Positions 7,979 through 18,111 are shown, numbered from the stretch's first letter. The stretch is DNA of 22,562 nt from Chthoniobacteraceae bacterium (GCA_031409335.1 JANNWY010000072.1:1-22562); one strand, 5' to 3'. Numbers and translations: made by a program. Notes: generated by a model not told the origin, from the sequence alone.

Positions 7979-9997
7979 TTACTCGGTTCGGAAAGTGATG
8001 GTCGCGCGCGCGCCGCCGCTGGGAAGATTTCGCATGTCGATCGTGGCACCGTGAAGGTCAACGATGGTTTTCACGACGGAAAGGCCAAGTCCAGTTCCTT
8101 TCCCGGTCGGCTTCGTGGTGTAAAACGGCTCGAAGATTTTCGCCAGCTTGTCTTCGGGAATGCCGTGCCCCGTGTCGTCGATCTCGGTGACGATGAGCGT
8201 CTGGCCGACGCGAAAGGACTCGACGCGCTGATCCGAGACGTTCGCGCCGATCCCGGTGAGCTGCTTTGCGTAAGTGCGGACGGTGATCGTGCCGCCGCTT
8301 TCCTCCATCGCGTGCGCGGCGTTGGTGAGCAGATTGATGAAGACCTGGCTGATCTTGCCGACATCAAGCCGGACCACGGGAAGGCTGCGCGCGAGTTCCC
8401 GCTCGACGGAGATTCCCTTCATCTCGCCGCGGACCAGCGTGAGCGCGCGTTCGATCACCGCGTTCAAGGATTCGGGCTTCACCTCGAGCGTTTTCGGCGC
8501 GGAGAAATCGAGCAGCCCGCGGATCACCCCGTCCGCCCGCGCCACGGCATCCGCCATGCCATTTAGCGTCTCGCGCACATCGGGATCGGCGGCCATTTCG
8601 TGCATGAAAAGAAACTCGGTGCCCATCTTCACCACGGCCAGCGGATTCTTCACCTCGTGCGCCACGCCGGCCGCGAGCCGCCCGACCAGCTTCATCTTTT
8701 CCGCCTCGATGAGCTGGAGCTGCACGTCGCGCAATTCATGATGCGCTGCCTGCAGCTTTTGCATCGCCGCCAGCACTTCCTCGCGGCTGCGATTCAGATC
8801 CGCATTCGCGCTGAGCAGCCCTTCCTCGCTTTCCTTTTGCGCGGTGATGTCGCGGCTGATGCACACGATCCCGAGGATCTTTCCGTCATCGCCAAACCAC
8901 GGCACCTTCGTCGTCAGCACCCAGATGGTCCGCCCTTCCGAATCGACCAGCCGCTCCTCCAGATTCGGCTGCGCTTCGCCGGATTCCATGATCGCGCAGT
9001 CGATCGCGTGCAGATGGGCGGCGATTTCCTGGGGAAAAAAATCGAACACGCTCTTGCCCAGCACTTCGCTCGGATCCTCCGCGCCGAGCCACCGCAGATG
9101 CGCCACGTTATCGAGCAGATAGATGCCGCCCGCGTCCTTCATGTAAATGCGATCCGGCAGATTATCGATCACGCTGCGGAGCAAATTCCGCTCGGTCGCG
9201 AGCTGCTCCTCCATCTCCTTCATCCCGGTCACCTCGCGCGAAATTCCACATGTGCCGACGATCTGGCCGGAGCGATCGCGCAGCGGCAGTTTCGTCGTGA
9301 GCGACCACGATTTGCGCCCGTCGGCCATCATCTCGTACTCGACGTTTCCCAGCAGCGGCTCGCCCGTTTCCATCACCCGCCGCTCATCGGCGAGCGCCTT
9401 CGCCGCGTGCTCGGCTCCGTAAAAATCCGCGTCCGTTTTGCCGTAAGCCTGTTCCGCTTTCTTCAGCCCGAAAAGTTCCTTCAGTGCCTGATTGATCCGG
9501 ATGAAGCGGCTCTCCTCATCCTTGAAATAAATCCGGTCGGGAATGCTCTCGAGCAGCATATTCAGCAGATCGCGCTCGTGCGCGAGCGCCGCGTCCGATC
9601 GCGAACGTCCGATCGCGTAGCGCATCGCCCGATGCAGCGCGATCCCGTCGATCCTCCCCTTCACGAGACATTCCTGCGCGCCGTGCAGCATCGCCTCGAG
9701 CGCGCGTTCGCCGCCATTGTCATCGCTCAGGATCACGATCGGAAGCTCCGGCGCGGCCGCGCGCACCCGGTCGAACGTCGCGAGCCCGGAGCTATCCGGC
9801 AGATTCAGATCGAGCAGCGCCAGGTCGAATCTCCCCCCTTCAATGAGCTGAATCCCCTCCGCCACCGACGCCGCGACATCCGAAATGTAAAAGCGCCGCT
9901 TGCGCTCCGCATCGAGCATCTCCCGCAGCAGAAAAACATCCCCCGGATTATCCTCGATGAGAAGGACGCGGAATTTTTCTGGAACAGTCTTCGGCAT
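7979..9997 (-). CDS. Cytoplasmic REC-PAS-PAS sensor histidine kinase
   Basis: N-terminal REC (LLIEDN, LLDLNLPD), two PAS/PAC repeats (IPDRIYFKD, LPDRIYMKD), H-box AHEVKNPL, N-box NLLTNAAHAM and G-boxes DTGHGI and GTGLGL. Likely start ATG 9997. Confidence 0.93.
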   Translation of the reverse strand: MPKTVPEKFRVLLIEDNPGDVFLLREMLDAERKRRFYISDVAASVAEGIQLIEGGRFDLALLDLNLPDSSGLATFDRVRAAAPELPIVILSDDNGGERALEAMLHGAQECLVKGRIDGIALHRAMRYAIGRSRSDAALAHERDLLNMLLESIPDRIYFKDEESRFIRINQALKELFGLKKAEQAYGKTDADFYGAEHAAKALADERRVMETGEPLLGNVEYEMMADGRKSWSLTTKLPLRDRSGQIVGTCGISREVTGMKEMEEQLATERNLLRSVIDNLPDRIYMKDAGGIYLLDNVAHLRWLGAEDPSEVLGKSVFDFFPQEIAAHLHAIDCAIMESGEAQPNLEERLVDSEGRTIWVLTTKVPWFGDDGKILGIVCISRDITAQKESEEGLLSANADLNRSREEVLAAMQKLQAAHHELRDVQLQLIEAEKMKLVGRLAAGVAHEVKNPLAVVKMGTEFLFMHEMAADPDVRETLNGMADAVARADGVIRGLLDFSAPKTLEVKPESLNAVIERALTLVRGEMKGISVERELARSLPVVRLDVGKISQVFINLLTNAAHAMEESGGTITVRTYAKQLTGIGANVSDQRVESFRVGQTLIVTEIDDTGHGIPEDKLAKIFEPFYTTKPTGKGTGLGLSVVKTIVDLHGATIDMRNLPSGGARATITFRTE

Positions 9998-10155
9998 TGG
10001 GAGTCCGTTTTTGAAAAGAGTATCGGCCACTCCTGCGAAGGCGAGCGCGAACCGCCGTCCAGAAAACACCAAGCCTTTCCAAGATCGCGCGCGTCCCGCA
10101 AAACTCCCCGCTCCTCGGCTTGCCACGCCAAGGAAAATCACCGCAACATCGCGAC

Positions 10156-10737
10156 ATGAGCACACTAAAAATCATCGCCTTCGCCGGCAGCCTGCGCGCC
10201 GGCTCTTTCAACCAAAAACTCGCCGTCCTCGCCGCCGAGGCCGCGCGCGCAGCGGGCGCGGAAGTCACCGTCGTCGATCTCCGCGAACTCGCGCTCCCGC
10301 TTTTTGACGAAGACCTCGAGGCCGCCAACGGCCTGCCCGAAGGCGCGAAAAAATTCAAGGCGCTGCTCCGCGCGAGCGACGGCTTCCTCATTGCCTCGCC
10401 CGAATACAACAGCTCCATCACTGCCGCGCTGAAAAACGCGATCGACTGGGCCTCGCGCGCCGAGACCGACGATGAACCGCCGCTCGCTGCCTTCCGCGGC
10501 AAAGCCGCCGCCCTTTTCGCCGCCTCGCCCGGCGCGCTCGGCGGCCTGCGCGGCCTCGTGCATCTGCGCGCCATCCTCGGCAATATCGGCGTCCTCGTCC
10601 TCCCCGACCAAGTGGCCATCGGCACCGCCCACGAAGCCTTCGAGGAAACCGGCAGACTCAAGGACGAGCGGAAAGCGAAGCAGGTGGCGGCATTGGCGAA
10701 AAATCTGGTTGAGACGCTGCGCAAACTTCAGGGCTGA
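10156..10737 (+). CDS. NADPH-dependent FMN reductase (flavodoxin-like)
   Basis: FAGSLRAGSFN, IASPEYNSSI, LKNAIDWASR and ASPGALGGLRG. Start ATG 10156. Confidence 0.93.
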   Translation: MSTLKIIAFAGSLRAGSFNQKLAVLAAEAARAAGAEVTVVDLRELALPLFDEDLEAANGLPEGAKKFKALLRASDGFLIASPEYNSSITAALKNAIDWASRAETDDEPPLAAFRGKAAALFAASPGALGGLRGLVHLRAILGNIGVLVLPDQVAIGTAHEAFEETGRLKDERKAKQVAALAKNLVETLRKLQG

Positions 10738-10744
10738 TCCCCGG

Positions 10745-10885
10745 GACGTGATCGCGACGATCAAACGGGAGCGCCAATACTTCGCGTCCCACCACATCGG
10801 CGGCGTCCCCGGTCGGCACGAGATCGACGAGACGCAGGAGCGCAACTACGGCGCGATCATGAAGGCAATCGTCGCGGAGGAATAA
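10745..10885 (+). pseudogene. Internal fragment of a hydroxypyruvate isomerase (Hyi)-family TIM-barrel gene
   Basis: DVIATIKRERQYFASHHIGGVPGRHEIDETQERNYGAIMKAIV resembles the family motif H-x-H...VPGRHE....E.NY..I. Only about 46 codons remain, with no N- or C-terminus. Confidence 0.75.
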
Positions 10886-10901
10886 TACAAAACACGTCTG
10901 C

Positions 10902-12227
10902 ATGCTCATCCCTTTGCGCAATCTCGCGGTCCTCGGTTTTCTGCTCGCGCTGTCCGCGCTGGGCGATACGAGCGCGCAGTATTGGCCGCAGTGGCGCGGC
11001 CCGTTGGCAAACGGCGTGGCACCATTGGCAAATCCGCCAGTCCACTGGAGCGAAACCAAAAATCTCCGCTGGAAAATCCCCCTGCCCGGCAAAGGCCATT
11101 CCTCACCCATCGTCTTCGGCGACTCCGTTTTCCTCACCGCCGCCGTTCCTGTCGGCGAGCCGCAGGAGCCCGTCTATGACAACGCCCCCGGCACGCACGA
11201 CAACGTCGGCGTCACTCAACGTCACCAATTCGTCGTCCTCGCCGTCAGCCGCCGGGACGGAAAGGTTTTGTGGAAAAAAGTCGTGCGCGAGGAGTTCCCG
11301 CACGAGGGCGGTCACAATACCGGCAGCCTCGCTTCCAATTCCCCCGTCACCGATGGCGAGCACCTCTACGCCTTTTTTGGCTCGCGCGGCCTCTATTGCC
11401 TCGATCTGAAAGGCGACATCGTATGGCAGAAGGATCTCGGCCGGATGCAGACCCTCCACGGCCACGGCGAAGGCAGTTCGCCCGTGCTCCACGGCGACAC
11501 GCTCATCGTCTGCTGGGATCACGAGGGCGACTCCGCGCTGTACGCCTTCGACAAACGCACTGGCAAGGAACGCTGGAAAATCGCCCGCGACGAAAAGACC
11601 TCCTGGTCCACCCCGGTCATCGTCGAGCACGAAGGCAAACCGCAGGTCGTCATCAGCGCCACCAAGCGCGTGCGCAGCTACAACCTCGCGACCGGCGCCC
11701 TGCTCTGGGAATGCGCCGGCCTTTCGCGCAATGTCGTCTCCTCACCCGTTGCGGGCCGCGGCATGGTCTTCGCCGGCAACAGCTACGACTGGCAGGCCAT
11801 GCTCGCCATCCGCCTCGCCGGGGCGAAAGGCGACATCACCGACACCGCCCAAGTCGCGTGGAAGATGAATCGCCTCACGCCCTACGTCTCCTCCCCGCTG
11901 CTCTACGACGACACGCTCTACTTCCTGCGCCACAATCAAAACATCCTCTCTCGCCTCGAACCCGAAACCGGCAAACCCCGCGGCGAACCGCTCCGCTTGG
12001 AAGGCATCCGCGACATCTTCGCCTCGCCCGTCGGCGCCGCGGGCCGCATTTATATCACCGGACGCGACGGCGTCACCGTTGTCTTGAAACACGATCGCGA
12101 AAACGCCCCGCTCGCGCTCAACCGCCTCGACGACACCTTCAGCGCCTCGCCTGCACTGGTGGACCGTGAACTTTACCTGCGCGGCGAACATTTCCTTTAC
12201 TGCATCACGGAACCGGGAACTCGGTGA
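10902..12227 (+). CDS. Secreted PQQ-binding-like (BamB-type) beta-propeller repeat protein
   Basis: Signal peptide, WPQWRGP, repeated SSP/STP/ASP blades with xxW-K motifs, and C-terminal [12 protein letters not shown]. Confidence 0.92.
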   Translation: MLIPLRNLAVLGFLLALSALGDTSAQYWPQWRGPLANGVAPLANPPVHWSETKNLRWKIPLPGKGHSSPIVFGDSVFLTAAVPVGEPQEPVYDNAPGTHDNVGVTQRHQFVVLAVSRRDGKVLWKKVVREEFPHEGGHNTGSLASNSPVTDGEHLYAFFGSRGLYCLDLKGDIVWQKDLGRMQTLHGHGEGSSPVLHGDTLIVCWDHEGDSALYAFDKRTGKERWKIARDEKTSWSTPVIVEHEGKPQVVISATKRVRSYNLATGALLWECAGLSRNVVSSPVAGRGMVFAGNSYDWQAMLAIRLAGAKGDITDTAQVAWKMNRLTPYVSSPLLYDDTLYFLRHNQNILSRLEPETGKPRGEPLRLEGIRDIFASPVGAAGRIYITGRDGVTVVLKHDRENAPLALNRLDDTFSASPALVDRELYLRGEHFLYCITEPGTR

Positions 12228-12276
12228 ATACTGAATGCAAAGACTTGGCCGGGACAGGTCAACTATCACCTCCTCG

Positions 12277-12811
12277 GTGCAGGAGGAATACCGCAGCCTT
12301 CTCTGGGCAGCGGGCAGTGAGGCGCTCGACTACTGGTGCGCGGGAGCGGACCGGCTTCCCCATCGTCGATGCCGGGATGCGCCAGCTCGCAGCGACGGGC
12401 ACGATGCACAACCGGCTGCGCATGATCGTCGCCATGTTTTTGACGAAGGATTTGCACCTCGACTGGCGCGCGGGGGAGAGCTGGTTCATGCGGCATCTCG
12501 TGGATGGCGAGATCGCGTCGAACAACGGCGGCTGGCAGTGGAGCGCGAGCACGGGCACGGACGCCGCGCCGTATTTCCGCATCCAAAATCCGTGGTCGCA
12601 GACGAAGCGATACGATCCCGACGGGGAGTTAATCAAACGCTGGGTGCCGGGGCTGCGCGATGTGCCCGCCGCGAAACTGTGCGCGCCGCCCGCGGATGGC
12701 ACGGCGCTGGCACGCGGGTATCCGCTTCCTGTCGTGGATCATCATGCCGAGCGAGATCGCGCTTTGGAAATGTATCGCGTCCCAAAAGGGAAAAGGGACG
12801 AGGGCAGGTGA
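12277..12811 (+). pseudogene. phrB: Class I CPD photolyase remnant (FAD-binding C-terminus only, frameshifted)
   Basis: [51 protein letters not shown] and YDPDG. The preceding EEYRSLLW...WCAG is in another frame (+1 shift near 12346-12349). The N-terminal domain is absent. Confidence 0.88.
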
Positions 12812-12815
12812 AAAG

Positions 12816-13577
12816 TTAGATTTTGCGCCCGGTCAAACGGGGGAACCCAATCAGCCCGATCAAGCCGAGAAGGGCCAGGATACCGGCCGAGGGTTCGGGC
12901 GTGGCGACGTGCAAAGATGTCGTGGCGATCTGCAGGTTGTCTCCTCTAAGTTGCCACGCAGTGCCGTCCAAAGTAAATTTATGAAGCTGTTGTGGGGCTA
13001 TCAAACTATCCAGCTTGGTGCGAGGAGAATAGCTCAAATCAACGTCCCCGGTCGCATCGCTCGTCAGAGTATAAGTGGTGTGACCGATTCGGAATGCCGT
13101 AAGACCTCCCGAACCCTGAGTGCCCATTACCGTCGTACCGCTGGTCGTGGCAATGAACCAGGGAAGCGGGGCAGGAGTTCCAGTAGTGGCGAGGCTGCCC
13201 AACTCCAAACCCGGATCACCGTCCAAATTCGCCAGGACACCAGGTTGGGAGACCCCTCCATTGAAAGGGGCCACGTTGTTTCCCGCAACGCTATAGTTAC
13301 CGAACGCCGGCCCGACCGAAAGAAATGAGCCGTGAGTTAAGAGAAACCCATCGTCCGTGTTGCTCGCATTGGCACCATGCACGACGGCAAAGATGTCCAC
13401 ACCGACGGTCTGTCCCGGCAACGCGAATGCACTGCGACCGTCCGGGGATATAACGACGCCGGAAGAACTCCCGTCTGCCGATGCCAGCATTTCAACGGTT
13501 AACTGCACCGCTCCGCTGTGCGCTGGAATCAGCAAGGTTACGGCGGCGAGAGTGAGAGTGAGTTTCGTGAGTTTCAT
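12816..13577 (-). CDS. PEP-CTERM sorting-domain surface protein
   Basis: Signal peptide MKLTKLTLTLAAVTLL, Gly/Thr/Ser-rich body, and C-terminal TPEPS followed by a hydrophobic helix and basic tail. Confidence 0.9.
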   Translation of the reverse strand: MKLTKLTLTLAAVTLLIPAHSGAVQLTVEMLASADGSSSGVVISPDGRSAFALPGQTVGVDIFAVVHGANASNTDDGFLLTHGSFLSVGPAFGNYSVAGNNVAPFNGGVSQPGVLANLDGDPGLELGSLATTGTPAPLPWFIATTSGTTVMGTQGSGGLTAFRIGHTTYTLTSDATGDVDLSYSPRTKLDSLIAPQQLHKFTLDGTAWQLRGDNLQIATTSLHVATPEPSAGILALLGLIGLIGFPRLTGRKI

Positions 13578-13921
13578 ATGGTAGTGATGTTTGATTTAGT
13601 GGATGGACGCCAGGTACGAGGTTTGGCGAAACGCGATAACTTGGTGCCGCTTAAAGGAAAGGAAAGGGTCAGGAGAATATTCGATAGCAAAACACGCGGA
13701 GCGTTTCACGCCCGGGCACTCCTCAATCCGCTGCCAAGTGGCAAGAAAAACGAATCTCCACGCGGCGGTTGAGCGCGGCCGTCCGGTGAGCCGGTGGCGG
13801 CGATCGGGATCACACTTGGTGAGGCATGGCACCTCGACGACGAGGATGATCCCGCGCAGGTGCGCCAATCTGCTTGGCGGGGTGACCTTCAGGTTTAGAA
13901 TGTGAATTACACGACTTATTC

Positions 13922-14203
13922 ATGTCCGGTCCCGAGCAATCCGAGTTCGCCTTTTCCGATGGTTCACCTGAGGCGCCGGGCGCGATGCCCTGGCGGGCGG
14001 AATGGATGCGGGCCGCGGAAGAATTGTGCCGGCGTCTCGCAGTGCCGCTCAATCGGCGCGCCGAGGTGCGGCTCATCCAGGGGCCAATCTTGCGCGGGCG
14101 GCTCTGCCTCGCCGAAGAGCAACTCTGGCCGGATGGGGATCGGCACCGGCTGGTCTTGCGTGTCGGAGATCGCCGGGTTGGTAGTCGGCGGCGTTTTGCG
14201 TGA
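13922..14203 (+). CDS. Small hypothetical protein, probably 3'-truncated near 14170
   Basis: ATG follows an AT-rich upstream stretch. Protein-like to RVGD; the remaining codons are antisense to the DUF1287 fragment. Confidence 0.5.
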   Translation: MSGPEQSEFAFSDGSPEAPGAMPWRAEWMRAAEELCRRLAVPLNRRAEVRLIQGPILRGRLCLAEEQLWPDGDRHRLVLRVGDRRVGSRRRFA

Positions 14204-14514
14204 CGGGCAGACTTTTCCCGCGGTGTTTGAAAAACGTCATCAGATTCAGCACGCGCCGATGATCGATGTTCGCGTCGGGTTTCCGCAGGCTCCAGTTTCT
14301 CGGATACGCGGAAAATGCGCGCTTCATGTCTTCGTGGATTTCCTTCTGCAAATCGAAACCCACGCCGCGAAACGCGCGGATCGCGACATCGCTGCAAACG
14401 CCGCGCTCGACCGGCACATCGCCGTCGAGATAGGCCAGCGATGTATAGGCGGGATCGTAAGTCAGCGTCTTCCCGATTCGCGCTTCGGCGGCGGCGAGAA
14501 ATTTACTGGATGCT
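14166..14514 (-). pseudogene. DUF1287 (YijF-like) gene fragment
   Basis: YDPAYTSLAYLDGDVPVERGVCSDVAIRAFR...DLQKEIHEDM...DANIDHRRVLNLMTFF...YQPGDL. Lacks a signal peptide and the C-terminal HIGIV segment. Confidence 0.82.
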
Positions 14515-14520
14515 CTGGCG

Positions 14521-14730
14521 CGATACTGGCGCGACAATCAGGGGCGCGAAGTGGATGTGATCGAATGCAAATGGAACAGCGCCGCGTTCGATGGCTCTGC
14601 GATTGAGGTCTTTCGCGGCTCCTATCCCAAAGGCCGAAACTGTCTCGTCACTCCCTCTGGTGCGCCGGGATATGCGGAGCGATTTGGCCGACACGAAGAA
14701 AGCGCCTGCACGCCGTCGGAACCAAGTCCC
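14521..14730 (+). pseudogene. C-terminal remnant of an AAA-ATPase/DUF4143-type protein (PD-(D/E)xK-like tail)
   Basis: RYWRDNQGREVDVIECKW resembles the YWR...EVD...IExK tail of this family. No upstream ATPase domain is present. Confidence 0.6.
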
Positions 14731-14743
14731 GGAGTGACGGCGC

Positions 14744-15775
14744 CTATTTTACTCCGAGGATTTTTCGCACTTGGCCGATGGTGTTTTCGAGGGCGTCGAG
14801 GGAGCGGAGTTTTCCTTCGCGGTCGATCAGCCAGACGGTGGGGAGGGTGTTGATGCCGAAGCCGCGGATGAGCGGGCTTTCCCAGCCTTTGCCGTCACGG
14901 ATGACGGGCCAGGCGATGGCGCGCGATTTTAGCAGTTCGCCGAGGGGCTCGGGTTTGGTGTCGAGGCTCACGCAGATAAGTTGGACGCGGTCTTTTGGGA
15001 ATGGGGCGAGGGCACGTTTCAGGGCGTCGAGCGCGAGGATCGACTGGGGGGACCAGGTGGCGAAGAAGCTGATGATGACGACGCGCCCACGATACTCGGT
15101 GATGTCGATGGGTTTGCCGTCAATCGATATGCCAGCAAGCGCGAGCGTTTCACCGAGCAGATCGATGCGGCGGAGGTCGTCGGCGATGCGGGATTTGGTT
15201 TCTTCGTCGTTGGCGAGCGGTTGCGCTTCGATGAGGAGCTTGCGTTTGATGTCGGGTTGCGAGTCGAAGAGCGTTGCGATTTCGGCGAGAATTTGCGGGA
15301 TGCGGCGGTCTTCGGGATGCGCTTTTTGAAATTTGCGCGCGCGACCGAGCAGGGATTCGCGGTCGATTTCGGACGGGGAATTTGCGCGTCGCATGGCTTG
15401 CGAGAGGCGCGCGAAATCAATGTCGGCGCGTTGTTGCGGCGTGGCGGATTTTTCCAGCGCCACGAGCATCCGCTCGGCTTCGTTGCGGAGTTTTGCGTTG
15501 TTTTCAATTTCACTCCGCAGCGCGAACAGCCGGGCCAGCCGCAGCCTTGCTTCAAACTCCCGCGAGTCTCCCGCGTGCGCGGCGATGAAGGCGCGCAGCG
15601 CGCGATCCTGCGCGGCGAGATGCGCGGTGAGCGCGGACTGCGCTTCGTCGCCGGAGCGGACCTGCGTTTGCGGGCCGGCGTCGAGCGCGAGCACGGACTG
15701 CCAGTCTTGATCGGCGCTGCCTGCGAAAGCAGTGGCGGCGAGCGCCAGCGAAATGGTCCAGGTGCGCGGGCTCAC
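14744..15775 (-). CDS. Exported TlpA/redoxin-fold protein with helical N-terminal region; CxxC replaced by SxxS
   Basis: GTG start overlaps the upstream TGA (GTGA, 15775-15772). Signal peptide, then DGKPIDITEYRGRVVIISFFATWSPQS, ICVSLD and FGINTLPTVWLIDREGKL. Confidence 0.88.
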   Translation of the reverse strand: MSPRTWTISLALAATAFAGSADQDWQSVLALDAGPQTQVRSGDEAQSALTAHLAAQDRALRAFIAAHAGDSREFEARLRLARLFALRSEIENNAKLRNEAERMLVALEKSATPQQRADIDFARLSQAMRRANSPSEIDRESLLGRARKFQKAHPEDRRIPQILAEIATLFDSQPDIKRKLLIEAQPLANDEETKSRIADDLRRIDLLGETLALAGISIDGKPIDITEYRGRVVIISFFATWSPQSILALDALKRALAPFPKDRVQLICVSLDTKPEPLGELLKSRAIAWPVIRDGKGWESPLIRGFGINTLPTVWLIDREGKLRSLDALENTIGQVRKILGVK

Positions 15776-16680
15776 TTTTTGTTGAGCGGGATGATCGAAG
15801 TGAAGACCGGGCGGTGATCGCTGGCGTCGGCCCAGTCGTTTTCCGGCGAGCGATAGACGCGGTTTTTCGCGAGCACGACTTCGCGGAATAGCGCGGGGCT
15901 CGCGAAGAGGTAGTCGATGCGGGAGTACTCGTCCGCCGTCCTCCAGAAATATGTCCATTTGTCGCCGAGTGAATCCTTGGCCCACAGGTCCGCCATGAAA
16001 TTCTCCGTCCCCCGCACGCCGCTGATTTCGGCGAACATCGGCTCGTTTTTCGTGTCGTTGAAATCGCCGTAACAGACGAGATTCACTTGCGGATCGGCGG
16101 CCATGATTTTTTCGAGATGCGCGCGGAGTTTTTGCGCTTCGTAACGCCGGACGAGCGCCTCGCCGTCGGGCGTCGGGAGTTTCGATTTCAGATGGGTGCC
16201 GACGAGCCGGAGCTGGTAGTCGGCGTTCACCTGAACGGTCACGTCGAGGAAACCGCGGCGCACTTTCTCCTGCTTGCCGTTGATCTCGAATGAGACATCC
16301 GTCGCGGAGTTCCGCGCGACAATCGGGAAGCGGCTGACGAGCGCGAGATGGCGATCCGGGTCCGCGGCCTGGAGGTATTCGGAATCGGTATAGCCGAGGC
16401 CTGCTTCGTTGAGGCGCTTTTTGAAATCCTCGAAGCGATCCGGCGTCCCCATTTCGCACACGCCGAGGATGTCGGGATTGATGTCCTTGATGATCTTCAT
16501 CAGCGCGGCGATTTCCGACTCCGGTTTGGCGCGCGTGCCGTAGAGATCGCCTTCGCCCTTCGGTTTTGCATTCACGTAGTTGCGCACGTTGTAGGTGCAG
16601 ACCACGATTTCCGGCGGGGCGGCGAGCAGGGTGAGATGGCTGCCCAGGAAAAGCAGCAGAGCGAGGAACGGGCGGAACAT
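15772..16680 (-). CDS. Exported endonuclease/exonuclease/phosphatase (EEP) family protein
   Basis: Signal peptide from ATG 16680. Motifs TYNVRNY, PDILGVCE, THLKSK, GDFND, RIDY and ASDHRPV. Confidence 0.92.
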   Translation of the reverse strand: MFRPFLALLLFLGSHLTLLAAPPEIVVCTYNVRNYVNAKPKGEGDLYGTRAKPESEIAALMKIIKDINPDILGVCEMGTPDRFEDFKKRLNEAGLGYTDSEYLQAADPDRHLALVSRFPIVARNSATDVSFEINGKQEKVRRGFLDVTVQVNADYQLRLVGTHLKSKLPTPDGEALVRRYEAQKLRAHLEKIMAADPQVNLVCYGDFNDTKNEPMFAEISGVRGTENFMADLWAKDSLGDKWTYFWRTADEYSRIDYLFASPALFREVVLAKNRVYRSPENDWADASDHRPVFTSIIPLNKK

Positions 16681-16687
16681 GATTTGG

Positions 16688-16723
16688 AAAAATAGAAAGG
16701 GCTCGCCGGGTGAAGGCGAGCCC
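16688..16723 (-). terminator. Rho-independent terminator after tatA
   Basis: On the minus strand: GGGCTCGCC, 7-nt loop, GGCGAGCCC, then TTTCTATTTTT. Confidence 0.8.
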
Positions 16724-16747
16724 AATCAGAAACTGTGATGGCCGGAG

Positions 16748-17023
16748 TTAAACGTGCGAGGTCGGCTGGTGATCGCGCTGCTCGTGTGGGTCTTCGGTGA
16801 CGGCGGATTTCGGCTGCTCGATCTGAGTCGGTGCTGGCGGTGCCGGCGGGCGATTGATCTCGTTGGAAAACTCGTCTTTCGCCTTGGAAAATTCACGCAC
16901 GGCCTGGCCCATGCCGCGAGCGAGTTCGGGCAGTTTTTTCGCCCCGAAAAGAAGCAGGACGATCCCCATGATGATGATCAGATCCGGTCCGCCGAGATTT
17001 AAGAGAGAAGCGATGGTGGTCAT
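16748..17023 (-). CDS. tatA: Twin-arginine translocase subunit TatA/E
   Basis: LGGPDLIIIMGIVLLLFGAKKLPELARGMGQAVREFSKA. Confidence 0.95.
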   Translation of the reverse strand: MTTIASLLNLGGPDLIIIMGIVLLLFGAKKLPELARGMGQAVREFSKAKDEFSNEINRPPAPPAPTQIEQPKSAVTEDPHEQRDHQPTSHV

Positions 17024-18111
17024 AGGTTTGTTGAATGGTTTGCAGATTAAGTATCGTGACGGAGCGCGGAGAAAGCAACGGTCATTCTGGGAATCCGAGG
17101 TGCGGGTTTTTATTAGGCGATGCCGGCGTGAGACGGGCGCGTGCTGCGTTTCGTTACGCGCCGTTTTTTCCCGCGGGAAAATGCGGACTCGTCACGTCTG
17201 CGAGCCGTCGGATATGCAAGTTTAACAATCACATGCCGGAGATCGAACTCATCGTTTGCAGCGGGAATGACGGCGAAATCGCGCGCCATACTTTTGGCCC
17301 CGGCGCTTACACCATCGGACGCGCGACGGCTTGTGATGTGACGATCAAAGTCGGCCCCGTCTCGCGGCAGCACGCGCGGATCGTCGTCGGTGAAAATGGC
17401 GGCGTGCAGGTGGAAGACCTCGCGAGTGCGAATGGCACGCTGCTCGATGGGCGGGCGGTTGGCGGGCCGATGCCGTGGCGGAACGGACAAATTTTGAGCA
17501 TCGGGGATGTGACGATCCAATTGAACCGAGCTGCTGAATTCGAGGCTCCGCTTTCACCCACACAGGAAACCCTCCCGCTCGCGAACGACGCGGACGATTT
17601 GCTCCGCCGCAATCTCCCGCTCGAAACGCGCGAAGCGCAGATTTACGCCGTCGCCGAAGAAGTCGCGCGCGGCGGCATGGGCGCGGTTTTGCACGCGCGG
17701 GAGAGCGCCACGCGGCGCACCGTGGCGATGAAGGTGATGCTGCGCGGCGGCGATGCACGGAGCACGCTGCGCTTCATCGAGGAGGCGCAAGTGACCGCGC
17801 AACTCGAACACCCGAACGTCGTCCCCGTCCACGACCTCGGCATCGACCCGCAGGGCCAGCCTTTTTACACGATGAAGATGGTCGAGGGCATCACGCTGAA
17901 AAAGGTGCTCGAACTGCTGAAAGAGGGCGTCCCCGCGACCGTGGAAAAATACCCGCTCGGCACGCTGCTCACCGATTTCCAAAAAGTGTGCGACGCCCTC
18001 GCCTTCGCGCACAGCCGCGGCGTCATCCACCGCGACTTAACGCCCGCGAACATCATGCTCGGGTAATTCGGCGAGGTACTCGTGATGGATTGGGGGCTGG
18101 CGAAAGTGATT

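Noticed and set aside
13578..13920. Riboswitch or small ORFs upstream of the PEP-CTERM gene
   Set aside because: I recognised no aptamer consensus and the ORFs lack motifs. An Rfam scan would be needed to exclude an RNA element.
14744..16459. 571-aa ORF as one protein
   Set aside because: The upstream part overlaps the EEP gene out of frame; the signal peptide and GTGA coupling place the start at 15775.
14744..17023. EEP and TlpA as Tat substrates because they follow tatA
   Set aside because: Neither signal peptide has a twin-arginine motif.
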